DNA of 48,822 nt from Kiritimatiellia bacterium (GCA_007130845.1 SLRP01000182.1:1-48822); one strand, 5' to 3'. Positions 15,976 through 26,507 are shown, counted from the first letter of the stretch. A program made the numbers and translations. The notes: generated from the letters alone by a model not told the origin.

Positions 15976-16080
15976 GATGTACAAGAATAATGATATTTGC
16001 GTTGCACACAAGCATCCAGCCGGGAATATCCGGTGGAAATGCCTTAATTCCTGCAGAGGGCAATTGCGCCAGCCCGTATT

Positions 16081-16875
16081 TTATTCTTCCTTGTCCCTGC
16101 CCAGCAAACCCCCAATACCTTCCCTGACGCGTCCTATGCCTTCCGACGCGGCCTCAGTGGCATCTTCAGTCAATCCGCGGGCGGCGTCCCGGGCTGCTTC
16201 TGCGCCTTCTCCTACCAGGTCTGTCGCTCCGGCCACAGCCTGTCCTGCGCTCGCGGCCACGACTGCAAGAACCTCACGTATCACTTCAGCCACCGTCATC
16301 GGCTCCCTTTCCTTGCCGAGATCCGTCATTTCAATAGTCGGCAGACTCAGCGCCACTGTCCGGCCTTCCATTGCGGTGAAACTGGCATTGAGCCGCGCAT
16401 CCGAAATAATCAGTTCTTCGATAACAAGGTTCTTGCCTGGCACGTCTTCCTTCTCCTCGTCTTCCTCCGGGATCTCTTCCGCCTTCTTCTCAAGATCTTG
16501 AAGAAGAGTGCCTATATTGTTACGGCGTACGCCCTGCTCATATGTAATGATCGGCGCATCAATGTTGATCCTGTGTATGACTATCGTATCGCTCAAAAGC
16601 GAAAAAAGATCTAGATGAATGTCCATTTGCCCCAAATCGAAAAGACTGTCCGTTTTGAAACCCTCGGGATTGCCGACATGCAGGCCCCGGAGATGGGCTT
16701 CACCGCGCAACGGCGAAAGGCGTGCATTTTCCAGAGTTACCGGAACGCCGAGCACCCTGGGACCTACCACTTCTACTCCCGTCTTTATCATGGCTCCGCC
16801 GAAAAACATTACCGATGTTCCCACGGCAATCAGCAGAATAATGACGATAATTAATAGATACCTTAACATGCGCAT
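16081..16875 (-). CDS. membrane-anchored protein, AsmA-like/DUF748-like N-terminal region with an acidic linker
   Basis: N-terminal TM segment (LLIIVIILLIAVG) followed by a beta-rich segment resembling AsmA-family N-termini, then EEIPEEDEEKED. The family call is tentative. Confidence 0.5.
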   Translation of the reverse strand: MRMLRYLLIIVIILLIAVGTSVMFFGGAMIKTGVEVVGPRVLGVPVTLENARLSPLRGEAHLRGLHVGNPEGFKTDSLFDLGQMDIHLDLFSLLSDTIVIHRINIDAPIITYEQGVRRNNIGTLLQDLEKKAEEIPEEDEEKEDVPGKNLVIEELIISDARLNASFTAMEGRTVALSLPTIEMTDLGKEREPMTVAEVIREVLAVVAASAGQAVAGATDLVGEGAEAARDAARGLTEDATEAASEGIGRVREGIGGLLGRDKEE

Positions 16876-17112
16876 GACGTCCTCCTTTATTTGTTATGCA
16901 TCCCCTCATTCATACCACCTGAAACTATGCAATATACACCGTTTATCCGAATAAGTTCGAGCCCAAATGACGTATATAGACTGTTAAACTCAAATGTATA
17001 TATAACTCAATTATTCATTTGTGAATCCCGTTATGATATATATTTCCGCTTTACAGCCGACTACGGCTGAGTTTATGCCTCTTGACTCGAATATAAAGAT
17101 CGGGGGACTTAA

Positions 17113-18543
17113 ATGGTCAAGGTATGGGATCCAAAAGCCACGCATGGGCCGACGGGTAAATTTCTCGTCAGGTACCACTATCATGTATTGTGCGTCATAC
17201 TTCTTATCTCCGCTTTAATTGCATTCGGACCCGGCCCTCAAGGACTCACGATGGAAGGTCAGCGGGTGATGGGGTTATTCTTCCTTTGTGCCACCCTGTG
17301 GGTGACGGGTTTGATTCCCCTTCAGATAACCTCGATTCTCGCGATTATACTTCTGCCTATGCTCGACATCATGACCAGTGCGCAGGCATTTTCCCTGTTC
17401 GGAAATTCCGCGGTATTTTTCATACTGGGCGCATTTATCCTCTCCGCGGCCATGATCGATTCGGGATTGTCGCTAAGGCTGACCTGCCTTGCACTCAAGC
17501 ATTTTGTTTATTCCCCAAAGGCGCTGCGCAATGCGATCCTGCTCATTGCCGCATTTGCAAGCTGCTGGATGAGTGAACATGCCGTGGCGGCAATGCTGTT
17601 TCCAGTGGTGATGGGGCTGGTGAAGGCAATGGGTTTCGAACCATTCAAGAGCCGCTTCGGTCAGAGTTTCTTCTTTGCCATGGCCTGGGGCTGCATTATC
17701 GGGGGTATTACAACCTATCTGGGTGGAGCCCGAAACCCTCTGGCCGCGGGAATTCTATACGCTGAGCAGGGGCTTGAGATCAGTTTTCTTAGACTGACAT
17801 CAGCTTCCCTTCCCATCGTTATTATTATGCTGACTCTGGCCGTCATCATCATGAACCGGTTTTTTCCGGTTGAACCAGTGGACATGGAGCGGGCTCGCAG
17901 GGAACTGGAAGGCGAGCGTGATAAACTCGGCCCCCTTTCAAGGCGTGAACTCCATATAGGTCTGTTGAGCATTTGCACCATCATGGCGTGGATTTTTCTT
18001 CACGGATTGTTCGGTCTGGCCACGATTGCTTTGATGGCTGTCTCCCTGCTGTTCATTTTCCGTCTGGTCAAATGGGAAGAGATTGAAACCAATGTCAACT
18101 GGGGCATATTTCTCATGTACGGGGGTGCCATCGCATTGGGATCGGCTCTTCACACTACAGGGGCGTCGGAATGGCTGGTAATGCGGGCCATGGGGGATAT
18201 CGAATTGACCCCGTTGCAATTAATCGTGCTTATCGGTTTGCTTTCATTAACTCTCACGGAATTCATAAGCAATGTCGCCGTGGTGTCCGTGATGATGCCC
18301 ATCGGGCTGACGCTTGCACATACACACGGAGTATCTCCCGAAGCGGTTACACTGGCTATAGCGCTGCCGTCCGGTCTATCATTCATTATGCCAATGGGAA
18401 CACCCGCCACGGCCATCGCCTACAGTTCAGGCTTCATGACCCAGCGCGAGTTCGTGCGATACGGCACTCTCATGAATTTTCTTGCCTTGGCAGTCTTCGC
18501 ATTGGTTGCATGGCTGTACTGGCCGCTTATAGGCATGAATTGA
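17113..18543 (+). CDS. DASS/SLC13-type anion (sulfate/di-tricarboxylate) symporter family permease
   Basis: 476 aa, at least 12 TM segments, and an N-terminal pattern (GLFFLCATLWVTGLIP) typical of this family. Confidence 0.65.
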   Translation: MVKVWDPKATHGPTGKFLVRYHYHVLCVILLISALIAFGPGPQGLTMEGQRVMGLFFLCATLWVTGLIPLQITSILAIILLPMLDIMTSAQAFSLFGNSAVFFILGAFILSAAMIDSGLSLRLTCLALKHFVYSPKALRNAILLIAAFASCWMSEHAVAAMLFPVVMGLVKAMGFEPFKSRFGQSFFFAMAWGCIIGGITTYLGGARNPLAAGILYAEQGLEISFLRLTSASLPIVIIMLTLAVIIMNRFFPVEPVDMERARRELEGERDKLGPLSRRELHIGLLSICTIMAWIFLHGLFGLATIALMAVSLLFIFRLVKWEEIETNVNWGIFLMYGGAIALGSALHTTGASEWLVMRAMGDIELTPLQLIVLIGLLSLTLTEFISNVAVVSVMMPIGLTLAHTHGVSPEAVTLAIALPSGLSFIMPMGTPATAIAYSSGFMTQREFVRYGTLMNFLALAVFALVAWLYWPLIGMN

Positions 18544-18616
18544 ACCGGCAAGCGCGGTGCGAGCGTTGCCCTGTTACGACAATTGGATATCCCTGAACTC
18601 TGCTTTGCGCCGGGTA

Positions 18617-19210
18617 TCATTCAGAAGTATTAACAACCTCTTCAAGCAGGCGGCTGACTTTCGGAGCGTGTTTCATGTCAACAGCTATTCGCCGTGCTTC
18701 CGGAGTCATTTTTGCCCATGTCTTTTGAAGGATATCGATTACCTTTTCCTTCGGGTGCTGTTCAATGAACCCTGCAAGTTGAAATTCCAGGAACACCAGG
18801 CACAGGGCATCCTCGAGTACTCTGCTTTCCGGGTCGTCAGGAAAGTTTTCCTTGCGCACCAGGGACAGTACGTACCGAATGAATTCATCGCTGTATCCTG
18901 CCTGTCGCAGGATTCCGCTCATTTTTTCGGCGTGAAGATTCTTAAGGCGTTCCCGCCACTCCATATAGCCGTTCAAACCCCGGGGAAAGCTGTCACGGGG
19001 AATCGACCAGCGTTGTATATGTTGGCCCCGGGCGGCCAGTCTCAGGGCCTCCGAGGCGTTTGGGGATAAACTGAGCACCCATTCACTTAGCCGTTTCGAA
19101 TAGTACAATTCGTGCGGGAAGGTCCGCCCTTTCACACTTATACTCCGGGGGTCTTCCCTGTTTGTATTGTCGATCGCCGAGACGGCGGTCTGATATCGGT
19201 CTGACGTCAT
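18617..19210 (-). CDS. DUF4202 domain-containing protein
   Basis: Blocks LRLAARGQHIQRWSIPR, YMEWRERLKNLHAEK, LEDALCLVFLE and ILQKTWAKM match my recollection of the DUF4202 family. Confidence 0.65.
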   Translation of the reverse strand: MTSDRYQTAVSAIDNTNREDPRSISVKGRTFPHELYYSKRLSEWVLSLSPNASEALRLAARGQHIQRWSIPRDSFPRGLNGYMEWRERLKNLHAEKMSGILRQAGYSDEFIRYVLSLVRKENFPDDPESRVLEDALCLVFLEFQLAGFIEQHPKEKVIDILQKTWAKMTPEARRIAVDMKHAPKVSRLLEEVVNTSE

Positions 19211-19211
19211 A

Positions 19212-19943
19212 TCAGAAAGTCATCGCCGCGGCTACCGAAGCGCTCCATTCGTCGAAATAACGGCCTTCGAATCTGAGACTGTTGGCCCCCGGAAATTGAA
19301 AAGCCATTCCAACGGCTGCCCCGAAAAGATTATCTTCACGGGCCTTGAAATCCTCCTTGCCGCCCGTTTCCGGATCCCGGAAATCACCGCTGAGCCTTAC
19401 AATGGATAATACCGGTCCGGCATACGGTGTAATTGTGAGCTGATTTCCCGGGCGAAAAAGATAACCGAACAGAACCCCGGCATCGGCCTCTATAAGATCG
19501 TGATCCACTGATGCCCGGCTGATACCGCTTGACGGGAGATCAATACGACCTTTGAGATTCGGCGCGTATCGGCCTTGAGCAAAAGCGCCCACTCTCAAAT
19601 TGTTGTGACGATATGCCAGAAACCTCAGGCCTGCTCCTCCGAACCACCTGAAACTCTGTCCGGAATCCATGACACCGGCATCCAGATCGAAGCGGGCATC
19701 CGGTCCGATATCCGTATGTACTCGCAGAAAGAACGAATCAGCGTCGAATTTTTCGACGGGATCTCCGGCCTCGGATGTGATTTCCATGTCCCGTTTAAGG
19801 TTTTCGTATCCGATTTCAGCCCGGGTCTTTACCCCAACATCCCTTGGGAAAACAAGGTCTCCGGAATCGGCCGCCATGATCCCCATCGGAGCAATGCCGC
19901 AAAAAAGTATTAAGGCGGTCGCAAACAACACTGGTTTTTTCAT
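19212..19943 (-). CDS. outer-membrane beta-barrel protein (small porin/OmpW-like class)
   Basis: Signal peptide MKKPVLFATALILFCGIAPMGIMA. Alternating strands. C-terminal AAAMTF ends in Phe. 1-nt gap to the DUF4202 gene. Confidence 0.6.
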   Translation of the reverse strand: MKKPVLFATALILFCGIAPMGIMAADSGDLVFPRDVGVKTRAEIGYENLKRDMEITSEAGDPVEKFDADSFFLRVHTDIGPDARFDLDAGVMDSGQSFRWFGGAGLRFLAYRHNNLRVGAFAQGRYAPNLKGRIDLPSSGISRASVDHDLIEADAGVLFGYLFRPGNQLTITPYAGPVLSIVRLSGDFRDPETGGKEDFKAREDNLFGAAVGMAFQFPGANSLRFEGRYFDEWSASVAAAMTF

Positions 19944-20135
19944 GATTCTCTTCTCCTTGATTGCATACGATTTTCCCCTGGTTCAATGTCCGGTTCATTA
20001 GACGCCGAAATATAATGCCCTATTCAATATGAATCTTTATACGCACTTTACTGTTTGCACTTGATTGTTCATGTGGCATCATCCGCATGTTTTTCTCGGT
20101 TCAACTTACGGATCCGGCATCCGGAGCATATACCA

Positions 20136-21818
20136 GTGGATATTGATTTGCTATTGTCAATCGCGTTCGGGGTCATTGGCGGGCTGGGTATTTTCCTGGT
20201 CGGCATGAAGTTCATGTCTGAGGGATTGCAGGCAATAGCCGGACACAGGCTACGCTCTCTAATCAGCGCTGTAACCGATAACCGCATTCTTGGCGTGGGT
20301 GTGGGGCTGCTGATTACCTGCGTTGTGCAATCGAGCACAATCACCACCGTTATGACGGTAGGCCTGGTCAACAGCGGTTTCATGTCCCTTCTGCAGTCTC
20401 TGGGCATTATTTTCGGCGCGAATATCGGCACGACTATCACAGGCTGGATTCTTGTGCTGGATATAGGCAAGTACGGCCTGCCTCTCATCGGAGTGGCGGC
20501 TTTCTTCTTCCTGTTCGCAAAGAAGGACAGACCGCGTTACATAGGCATGACGTTCATGGGGATCGGCATGCTTTTCTTCGGGCTCGAACTTATGCGCAGC
20601 GGCTTTCTTCCCCTCCGCACAATGGACGAAGTCCGGGTATGGTTCCACGCATTCGAGGCCACGACATACTGGGGTATAATAAGATGCGCCTTTATAGGCG
20701 TCATGCTCACCATCCTTCTGCAATCGTCATCGGCAACGCTGGGCATAACCATGGGACTCGCGTCGGCCGGAGTCATAGAGTTTCCAACTGCGGCGGCCCT
20801 GGTTATTGGCGAAAACATAGGCACAACAATCACGGCCTATATATCCTCGCTTGGCGCCTCGAAAACGGCCAAGCGCGCAGCCTTGGGCCATATCATGTTC
20901 AATGTCATAGGAACCACCTGGTTCATCATCGCGTTTCCGTTTGTTCTTCCCCTGATATCCATTATCGTGGGACACGATCCCGGCGCCATGATGTTGAAGG
21001 ACGGAGAGGAAACCTATCCGTATGTGATGCGCTCAATCGCAGTCGTGCATACAAGTTTCAATGTGGCCAATACATTGCTGTTTCTTCCGTTTGCAGGTCT
21101 ATTGGCTCGCTTTATAGAATACATCCTTCCGGAAAAGGATCCGAAAGGGATCAAGAAACTTACCTATCTGGATGTGCGTACCGTGCACTCGCCTTCCCTG
21201 GGCATAATCCAGTCCAGAGAACAGATTCATGTCATGAGCGAAGCAGTCGAAAAGATGTTTGGATATCTAGACTCAATAATGGACAAACCGGAGGGCCATC
21301 CGGAGCTGGAAGAAAAATTGTTCCGGCGCGAACGCATACTGGATAACATGCAGAAGGAAGTGGTGCTTTTTCTCGGGCAGCTTCTTGCCGGCGAAGTGCC
21401 TCATGGCGTCACAGACGAAGCCAGGGGCCATATACGAATGGCCCACGAATACGAGGCAATAAGTGATTACCAGACCAGCGTTCTCAAGGGCCTGATCAAA
21501 TTGCGCAAGGAGAATCTTGATATCAGCTCCGAAGGATTGAAGGACCTCAAACGGTTGCATGGCTCCGTATCCGAATATGTGCATATGATAAATAAGGCAT
21601 TGAAAGACGAAGACCGCAGTATCATATCGCGCGCCAGGAAGGAAGGTACTGAAATTACACGCTTGATGAAGGATATACGGCGAGACCATCTCAAACGTCT
21701 AAGTGACGAAAAAGTAACGCCCCTGAAAAGCCTTATCTACATGGATATGCTTAACTACTACCGCCGTATCAAGGACCACTCCGTCAATGTCGCCGAGGTA
21801 ATAGCCGGGGAAAAATAA
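20136..21818 (+). CDS. Na/Pi cotransporter family protein with a C-terminal PhoU-like domain
   Basis: GGLGIFLVGMKFMSEGLQ and a duplicated Na/Pi repeat (QSSSATLGI), followed by helical PhoU-like repeats. GTG at 20136 is preferred; the ORF-track start at 20055 is a TTG. Confidence 0.75.
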   Translation: MDIDLLLSIAFGVIGGLGIFLVGMKFMSEGLQAIAGHRLRSLISAVTDNRILGVGVGLLITCVVQSSTITTVMTVGLVNSGFMSLLQSLGIIFGANIGTTITGWILVLDIGKYGLPLIGVAAFFFLFAKKDRPRYIGMTFMGIGMLFFGLELMRSGFLPLRTMDEVRVWFHAFEATTYWGIIRCAFIGVMLTILLQSSSATLGITMGLASAGVIEFPTAAALVIGENIGTTITAYISSLGASKTAKRAALGHIMFNVIGTTWFIIAFPFVLPLISIIVGHDPGAMMLKDGEETYPYVMRSIAVVHTSFNVANTLLFLPFAGLLARFIEYILPEKDPKGIKKLTYLDVRTVHSPSLGIIQSREQIHVMSEAVEKMFGYLDSIMDKPEGHPELEEKLFRRERILDNMQKEVVLFLGQLLAGEVPHGVTDEARGHIRMAHEYEAISDYQTSVLKGLIKLRKENLDISSEGLKDLKRLHGSVSEYVHMINKALKDEDRSIISRARKEGTEITRLMKDIRRDHLKRLSDEKVTPLKSLIYMDMLNYYRRIKDHSVNVAEVIAGEK

Positions 21819-22038
21819 GGTCTCCCGCTGATGATTGGCCCGCTGAACCCTTTCTTCACCTATGGAAACCGTCTCGCAACTTGTCGGCCGTGATTCATGC
21901 ACGGATAATGGCGAATTCCTATATGATTTCCTGAGTGAATATCCGATAATATGGCAGCATGACAAATGGCCAGCTTGAAATAAGGACATAATGTTCAATT
22001 ATAAAGGAATGTACGGCAACAACGGGAAAGGGTTGGAT

Positions 22039-22620
22039 ATGAATAATATGATCAGAATATTGGCGTTTGCCGGAAGCACCAGGTCAGGGTCGTTCAATAA
22101 GCAATTGATCCGGTTGGGGGCGGAGTCTGTACGGCAGGCCGGCGCTGAAGTTACGTTCGTGGATCTTAGTGATTATCCCATGCCGCTTTATGACGGCGAC
22201 CTGGAACTGAAAGAGGGGATGCCTGAAAAGGCGCTCGACTTGAAAAAACTGGCGGCTGGCCATGACGGATTTTTCATATCAACCCCGGAATATAACAACT
22301 CAATCACGGGTGTATTAAAAAATACGATCGACTGGATGTCGCGTGTGGCGGATAAGGGCGACCCAGGCGATGTATTCAAAGGAAAGGCAGCCGCTCTAAT
22401 GAGCGCATCTCCGGGACCATGGGGAGGTATACGGGCGCTGCCGCATGTCAGGGCTGTACTGAACGCGCTGGATGTAATTGTGCTGCCGGATTTCCTCTCG
22501 GTTACACGCGCTGCAGGGGCATTCGATGAGGATGGGCGATTGAAAGACGATTCCATCCGGAAACGCGTCGATGCATTGGCATTGACGCTTGTGGATACGA
22601 CAAAGCGACTTCACGTGTAA
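22039..22620 (+). CDS. NAD(P)H-dependent FMN reductase family oxidoreductase
   Basis: ILAFAGSTRSGSFNKQL and TPEYNNSITGVLKNTIDW blocks. The start is ambiguous (21991, 22039 or 22048). Confidence 0.75.
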   Translation: MNNMIRILAFAGSTRSGSFNKQLIRLGAESVRQAGAEVTFVDLSDYPMPLYDGDLELKEGMPEKALDLKKLAAGHDGFFISTPEYNNSITGVLKNTIDWMSRVADKGDPGDVFKGKAAALMSASPGPWGGIRALPHVRAVLNALDVIVLPDFLSVTRAAGAFDEDGRLKDDSIRKRVDALALTLVDTTKRLHV

Positions 22621-22655
22621 GTATTGTTGACAGCTAATAAACAGGGAGGCGAATT

Positions 22656-23048
22656 ATGAATGCTGTAGAACGATACTCGGCGGTCATAGGCAGGATTCTT
22701 ATAGCCGTCATCTTTTTGGTTAGCGGATTCAGAAAGGCTGTGGACTGGGAAGGAACAGCTGGATACATGGAGGCAATGGGTATGGTTGCCGTGCCGTTGT
22801 TCCTTATACTCGCAATGATCGTTGAACTTGCCGGAGGGTTGTCTCTATTAAGCGGCTTCAAGGTTAGCTGGGGGGCTCTGGCTCTATTCCTCTTTCTCAT
22901 TCCGGTCACTCTGATCTTTCACGGATGGTGGAGGTTCCCGGAAGATGAACAGGAAATTGAAATGATAATGTTTCTCAAGAACCTGGCGATAATGGGGGGA
23001 TTACTTTTCATATTCGCCAGGTCGACTGCTTCTCGCGGAAAGCTGTAA
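22656..23048 (+). CDS. DoxX family membrane protein
   Basis: 130 aa, 4 TM segments, RILIAVIFLVSGFRK and ELAGGLSLLSGF blocks. SD AGGGAGG upstream. Confidence 0.75.
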   Translation: MNAVERYSAVIGRILIAVIFLVSGFRKAVDWEGTAGYMEAMGMVAVPLFLILAMIVELAGGLSLLSGFKVSWGALALFLFLIPVTLIFHGWWRFPEDEQEIEMIMFLKNLAIMGGLLFIFARSTASRGKL

Positions 23049-23106
23049 CATGAAGGATTAGAACAGGAAGTGGAGCGGGCCCCTGGCTGGGTCTCGTAGC
23101 ATTCAT

Positions 23107-23520
23107 ATGGTTGGAGATACCACAGGATCGCGGGTTATACTTTTCGACGGTGAATGCCGTTTGTGCAACGGCGCAGTTGCTTTCATAATACATCGCGACC
23201 CTCATGGACAATTCCGGTTCTCACCGTTCCAGTCGCCGAAGGGACGTATGCTCGCGGAAAAAGCAGGGCTGGAGGACATCGCAGGAGGTACACTTGTTCT
23301 ACTGGAAGACGGCAAATCATACTTCAGAAGCGATGCGGCGCTCCGTATTGCACGCCGCCTCACCGGGCTGTGGCCGCTCCTGTATGTCTTCATGATCATA
23401 CCCCGCCCGATTCGGGATCTGGTGTATGATTGCATAGCTCACCGCAGATACAAATGGTTTGGAAAAAAAGACTCATGCATGGTTCCCGGCAGGGATATCC
23501 GCGACCGGTTCATTGAATAG
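23107..23520 (+). CDS. thiol-disulfide oxidoreductase DCC family protein (DUF393)
   Basis: FDGECRLCN CxxC motif at the N-terminus; about 137 aa. Confidence 0.75.
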   Translation: MVGDTTGSRVILFDGECRLCNGAVAFIIHRDPHGQFRFSPFQSPKGRMLAEKAGLEDIAGGTLVLLEDGKSYFRSDAALRIARRLTGLWPLLYVFMIIPRPIRDLVYDCIAHRRYKWFGKKDSCMVPGRDIRDRFIE

Positions 23521-24412
23521 ATTCAGGAGGATCAAGGATCCACCGCTTGTTGTACCAGAAATACTGCTCAGGCTGTCTCCGTACCGCCTTGTCAAACAGG
23601 TCCATGACCTTCTGCATCATGGTGTGTGCGTCCTCGTTCTTGTCGCATTCCGGGTCTGCCTTGATCGGAGTGTGGATGTGCCATCTGTGTCTTGTCCATC
23701 CATCGCGGGTGAGCGTCACTGGTATTATCTGGACCCCGGCATGCCTTGCGAAGATCGCGGTTCCAGGCGCCACATACGCCGTGCCGTTTAAGAAATGAAC
23801 CGGTATCCCCCCATGCCTTGCATGCACATCCGGAAGGATGGCAAACGCCTTGCCTTCCTTGAGATTTCGAAGTATTACCCGCAACGAACGGCTGTCTGTA
23901 GGGATTGTTTCAACACCGGTTATCCCGCGCATCCTGTTAAGGTAATCATCAACCAGCGGATTTTTCTGGCGTCGAGCCATGAAGAAAATCGGTATGCCCA
24001 TTATCTGTGAGGCAACCCCCGCCATATCCCAGTTGCCCATATGCGGAAGGGCTATCACGGCGCCTTTTCCGGACATTAATTCCTTTATCTTCTCAATGGC
24101 TGACACGTCCGCGATGACCGGAACCCTTTCAGGCGTCAGCAGCGGCATCCGCATAATTTCAACCGCATTGAAACACATGTTCCTCATGGATAACCATGCG
24201 ATCCGGCGGATTTCCCGTTCCGACGGCTGTGTTCCGACAACGTGCCGTATGCGTTTCCTGGCAGTGTCTACGCGGAACCGGATTACATAAAAAGCTGCAA
24301 ACGCCGCTATCCATCCGATCATAAGGGCGGCGCGATTGGGAAGCCTTTGCACGACGAAGCCAAGCGCCCGCAAGCCTCCATATTCAAGTAGATGTTTTGG
24401 CCGGTTTCGCAT
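23510..24412 (-). CDS. lysophospholipid/lipid A (LpxL/HtrB-like) late acyltransferase
   Basis: N-terminal TM segment, HMGNWD (HX4D acyltransferase motif), about 300 aa. Confidence 0.7.
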   Translation of the reverse strand: MRNRPKHLLEYGGLRALGFVVQRLPNRAALMIGWIAAFAAFYVIRFRVDTARKRIRHVVGTQPSEREIRRIAWLSMRNMCFNAVEIMRMPLLTPERVPVIADVSAIEKIKELMSGKGAVIALPHMGNWDMAGVASQIMGIPIFFMARRQKNPLVDDYLNRMRGITGVETIPTDSRSLRVILRNLKEGKAFAILPDVHARHGGIPVHFLNGTAYVAPGTAIFARHAGVQIIPVTLTRDGWTRHRWHIHTPIKADPECDKNEDAHTMMQKVMDLFDKAVRRQPEQYFWYNKRWILDPPESIQ

Positions 24413-24548
24413 ACCGGCATGAGATTACCGAAAACGCTGTAGCATGGCAAAGACTTGTGTGAAGTTTAAGGTGGACTGTCGGGATGTCGCCGCCTGACAG
24501 CAGTCTCGACCACATGCGGCCATCAGCGAAACGCGATATGCATGTCTA

Positions 24549-25811
24549 TTACTCGTGGCGAAGAGCAGTAATCGGATCCAGGCGCGCCGCACGAACGGCG
24601 GGGTACAATCCGAAAATAACGCCTATGGACACGCTGATACCTACCGCCAGTACGAGGCTGTACGGTGTTATATATGTAGGCATCCCTGCCGCCTGCGTTA
24701 TTATCCAGGGTATTAGCGCTCCGATTCCAAGCCCTATCAATCCACCCAGAGACGAAAGCACGACGGTCTCTATCAGGAATTGGCCTATGATCTGACGCTG
24801 TTTGGCCCCGATAGCCCTGCGAATACCGATTTCGCGCGTGCGCTCGGTCACCGAAGCCAGCATTATGTTCATTATTCCTATTCCGCCCACCAACAGACTG
24901 ATGCCCGCAATGGAGCCGAGAACTATATTAAACGTTCGCCTCGTTTCTTCAGCCTGGCGCAACAGCGCGAGTGGAACTTCAATCCTGTAATCTTCACGCG
25001 GATGAAATCTCTGCAACATTGCATGTATGGCCTCCGCGACAATTTCAACCTTTTCGGTGGACTCGACCTCAACGATGATCTGGTGCAACTCCACAAGTTC
25101 TAGCTCCAGGGCTCCTGTAGCTCGTTGAAGGATCCTTTCGCCGAATCTCTGAAGCGCAGTGTTCATCGGTATGTAAACGTCCCCGTCCCTGTCCAGCCTC
25201 TGGGTTCCCCCCGTGCCGTCATCACCCTCGAGAATACCAACCACTTCGAAGCTGTCGCTACCTATGCGGATGTATTCTCCGATGGTATTCTGCGTGGCCA
25301 GAAGTCGTCGCGCACCCCGTTCAGTCAATACACATACCGGCGCCAGGCGTTCCATGTCCTGTATATTGAGCAGGCGCCCGGCCAGCAGCGGGCGCTTTAC
25401 AAGATCAAACCAGTCCGGCGTTGTACCCATTACACGCAGTTCCATGCTTCGCTGACCAAGGCGCGCTTCCTTGCGCATTGTTCGCACCGGTACCGTGCGG
25501 ATAACATATGGAATACTCTCCTTTATGCGAAGCTCGTCGTCATACAAAAGACCGTAAATGCTCATCAAGGATGTCTCCCTGGTGGCTGCATCATCCTCCA
25601 TGGGTTTTTCCGAGCTGAGTATTATGATGTTGCTTCCAAGCTTCCGTATCCGCTCAAGCGCCTCGCGGCTGGCGCCTTCACCCACGGCAAGCATGGCGAT
25701 GACACTGCTTACCCCGAAAACCACGCCGAGAGTAGTCAACAGGGAACGCAGTTTGTGCAGCATGAGCGTCTTGATGCCTATGCGTATGTTTCTAATTACC
25801 TTCAATACCAT
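24549..25811 (-). CDS. ABC transporter permease, MacB/FtsX type
   Basis: 420 aa. N-terminal TM segment, large periplasmic domain and C-terminal FtsX-like 3-TM bundle (REIGIRRAIGA). Confidence 0.8.
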   Translation of the reverse strand: MVLKVIRNIRIGIKTLMLHKLRSLLTTLGVVFGVSSVIAMLAVGEGASREALERIRKLGSNIIILSSEKPMEDDAATRETSLMSIYGLLYDDELRIKESIPYVIRTVPVRTMRKEARLGQRSMELRVMGTTPDWFDLVKRPLLAGRLLNIQDMERLAPVCVLTERGARRLLATQNTIGEYIRIGSDSFEVVGILEGDDGTGGTQRLDRDGDVYIPMNTALQRFGERILQRATGALELELVELHQIIVEVESTEKVEIVAEAIHAMLQRFHPREDYRIEVPLALLRQAEETRRTFNIVLGSIAGISLLVGGIGIMNIMLASVTERTREIGIRRAIGAKQRQIIGQFLIETVVLSSLGGLIGLGIGALIPWIITQAAGMPTYITPYSLVLAVGISVSIGVIFGLYPAVRAARLDPITALRHE

Positions 25812-25823
25812 TTCACACGGTCC

Positions 25824-26507
25824 TTATTCGATTGAGTCAATAATACCATCCCGCATATGCAGACGGTGTTTGGCATGATTCGCGATATCACGTTCATGCG
25901 TTACCATGATGATGGTCTTTCCCTGTTGGTTCAATTCGGTGAGCAGCGACATAATCTGTCCGCTGGTCTCTGTATCAAGGTTGCCCGTGGGTTCATCTGC
26001 CAGAAGTATATCGGGATCATTCGCCAGAGCGCGGGCGATTGCTACGCGCTGCTGCTGCCCTCCAGATAATTCAGTAGGCCGGTGATCGAGGCGATCACCC
26101 AGACCCACGCGTTCAGCCAGCTCCAGGGCGCGCGACACGCTTTCGTGTGCATGATAGCCCTGGTAGTACAGCGGAAGCTCTATGTTCTCGCTAAGCGACA
26201 TCTGCGGAATCAGATTGAAGCTCTGAAAAATAAATCCGAGATGTCTTAGCCTAAGTTCGCTCAGTTCATCGTCGTCAAGAAGGCTGATATCCTTCCCCCC
26301 GAGAGAAAAGCGGCCGGATGTCGGACGGTCGAGACATCCCAGAAGATTCAAAAGGGTGCTCTTTCCGGAGCCGCTGGCACCCATGACAGCCCAAAAACTT
26401 CCAGGCTGAAAGTCTAGTGTCACACCTGCTAGAGCGTGTACGCCCTGCCTGCCCATGGGATAGAACTTGTGCACATCTTCGAGCTGTATGATTGCACCGT
26501 TGTTCAT
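25824..26507 (-). CDS. ABC transporter ATP-binding protein (MacB/LolD type)
   Basis: Walker [13 protein letters not shown], signature [15 protein letters not shown], Walker [13 protein letters not shown]. Confidence 0.9.
   Translation of the reverse strand: MNNGAIIQLEDVHKFYPMGRQGVHALAGVTLDFQPGSFWAVMGASGSGKSTLLNLLGCLDRPTSGRFSLGGKDISLLDDDELSELRLRHLGFIFQSFNLIPQMSLSENIELPLYYQGYHAHESVSRALELAERVGLGDRLDHRPTELSGGQQQRVAIARALANDPDILLADEPTGNLDTETSGQIMSLLTELNQQGKTIIMVTHERDIANHAKHRLHMRDGIIDSIE

Noticed and set aside
16022-16043. GGGAATATCCGGTGGAAATGCC resembles the GGGAA...GGTG.AA..CC part of a cobalamin riboswitch, near the cob operon
   Set aside because: It lies on the + strand, pointing away from any + strand gene, while the cob genes are on the minus strand. 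The ACTGT junction and B12 box are absent. Probably coincidental.
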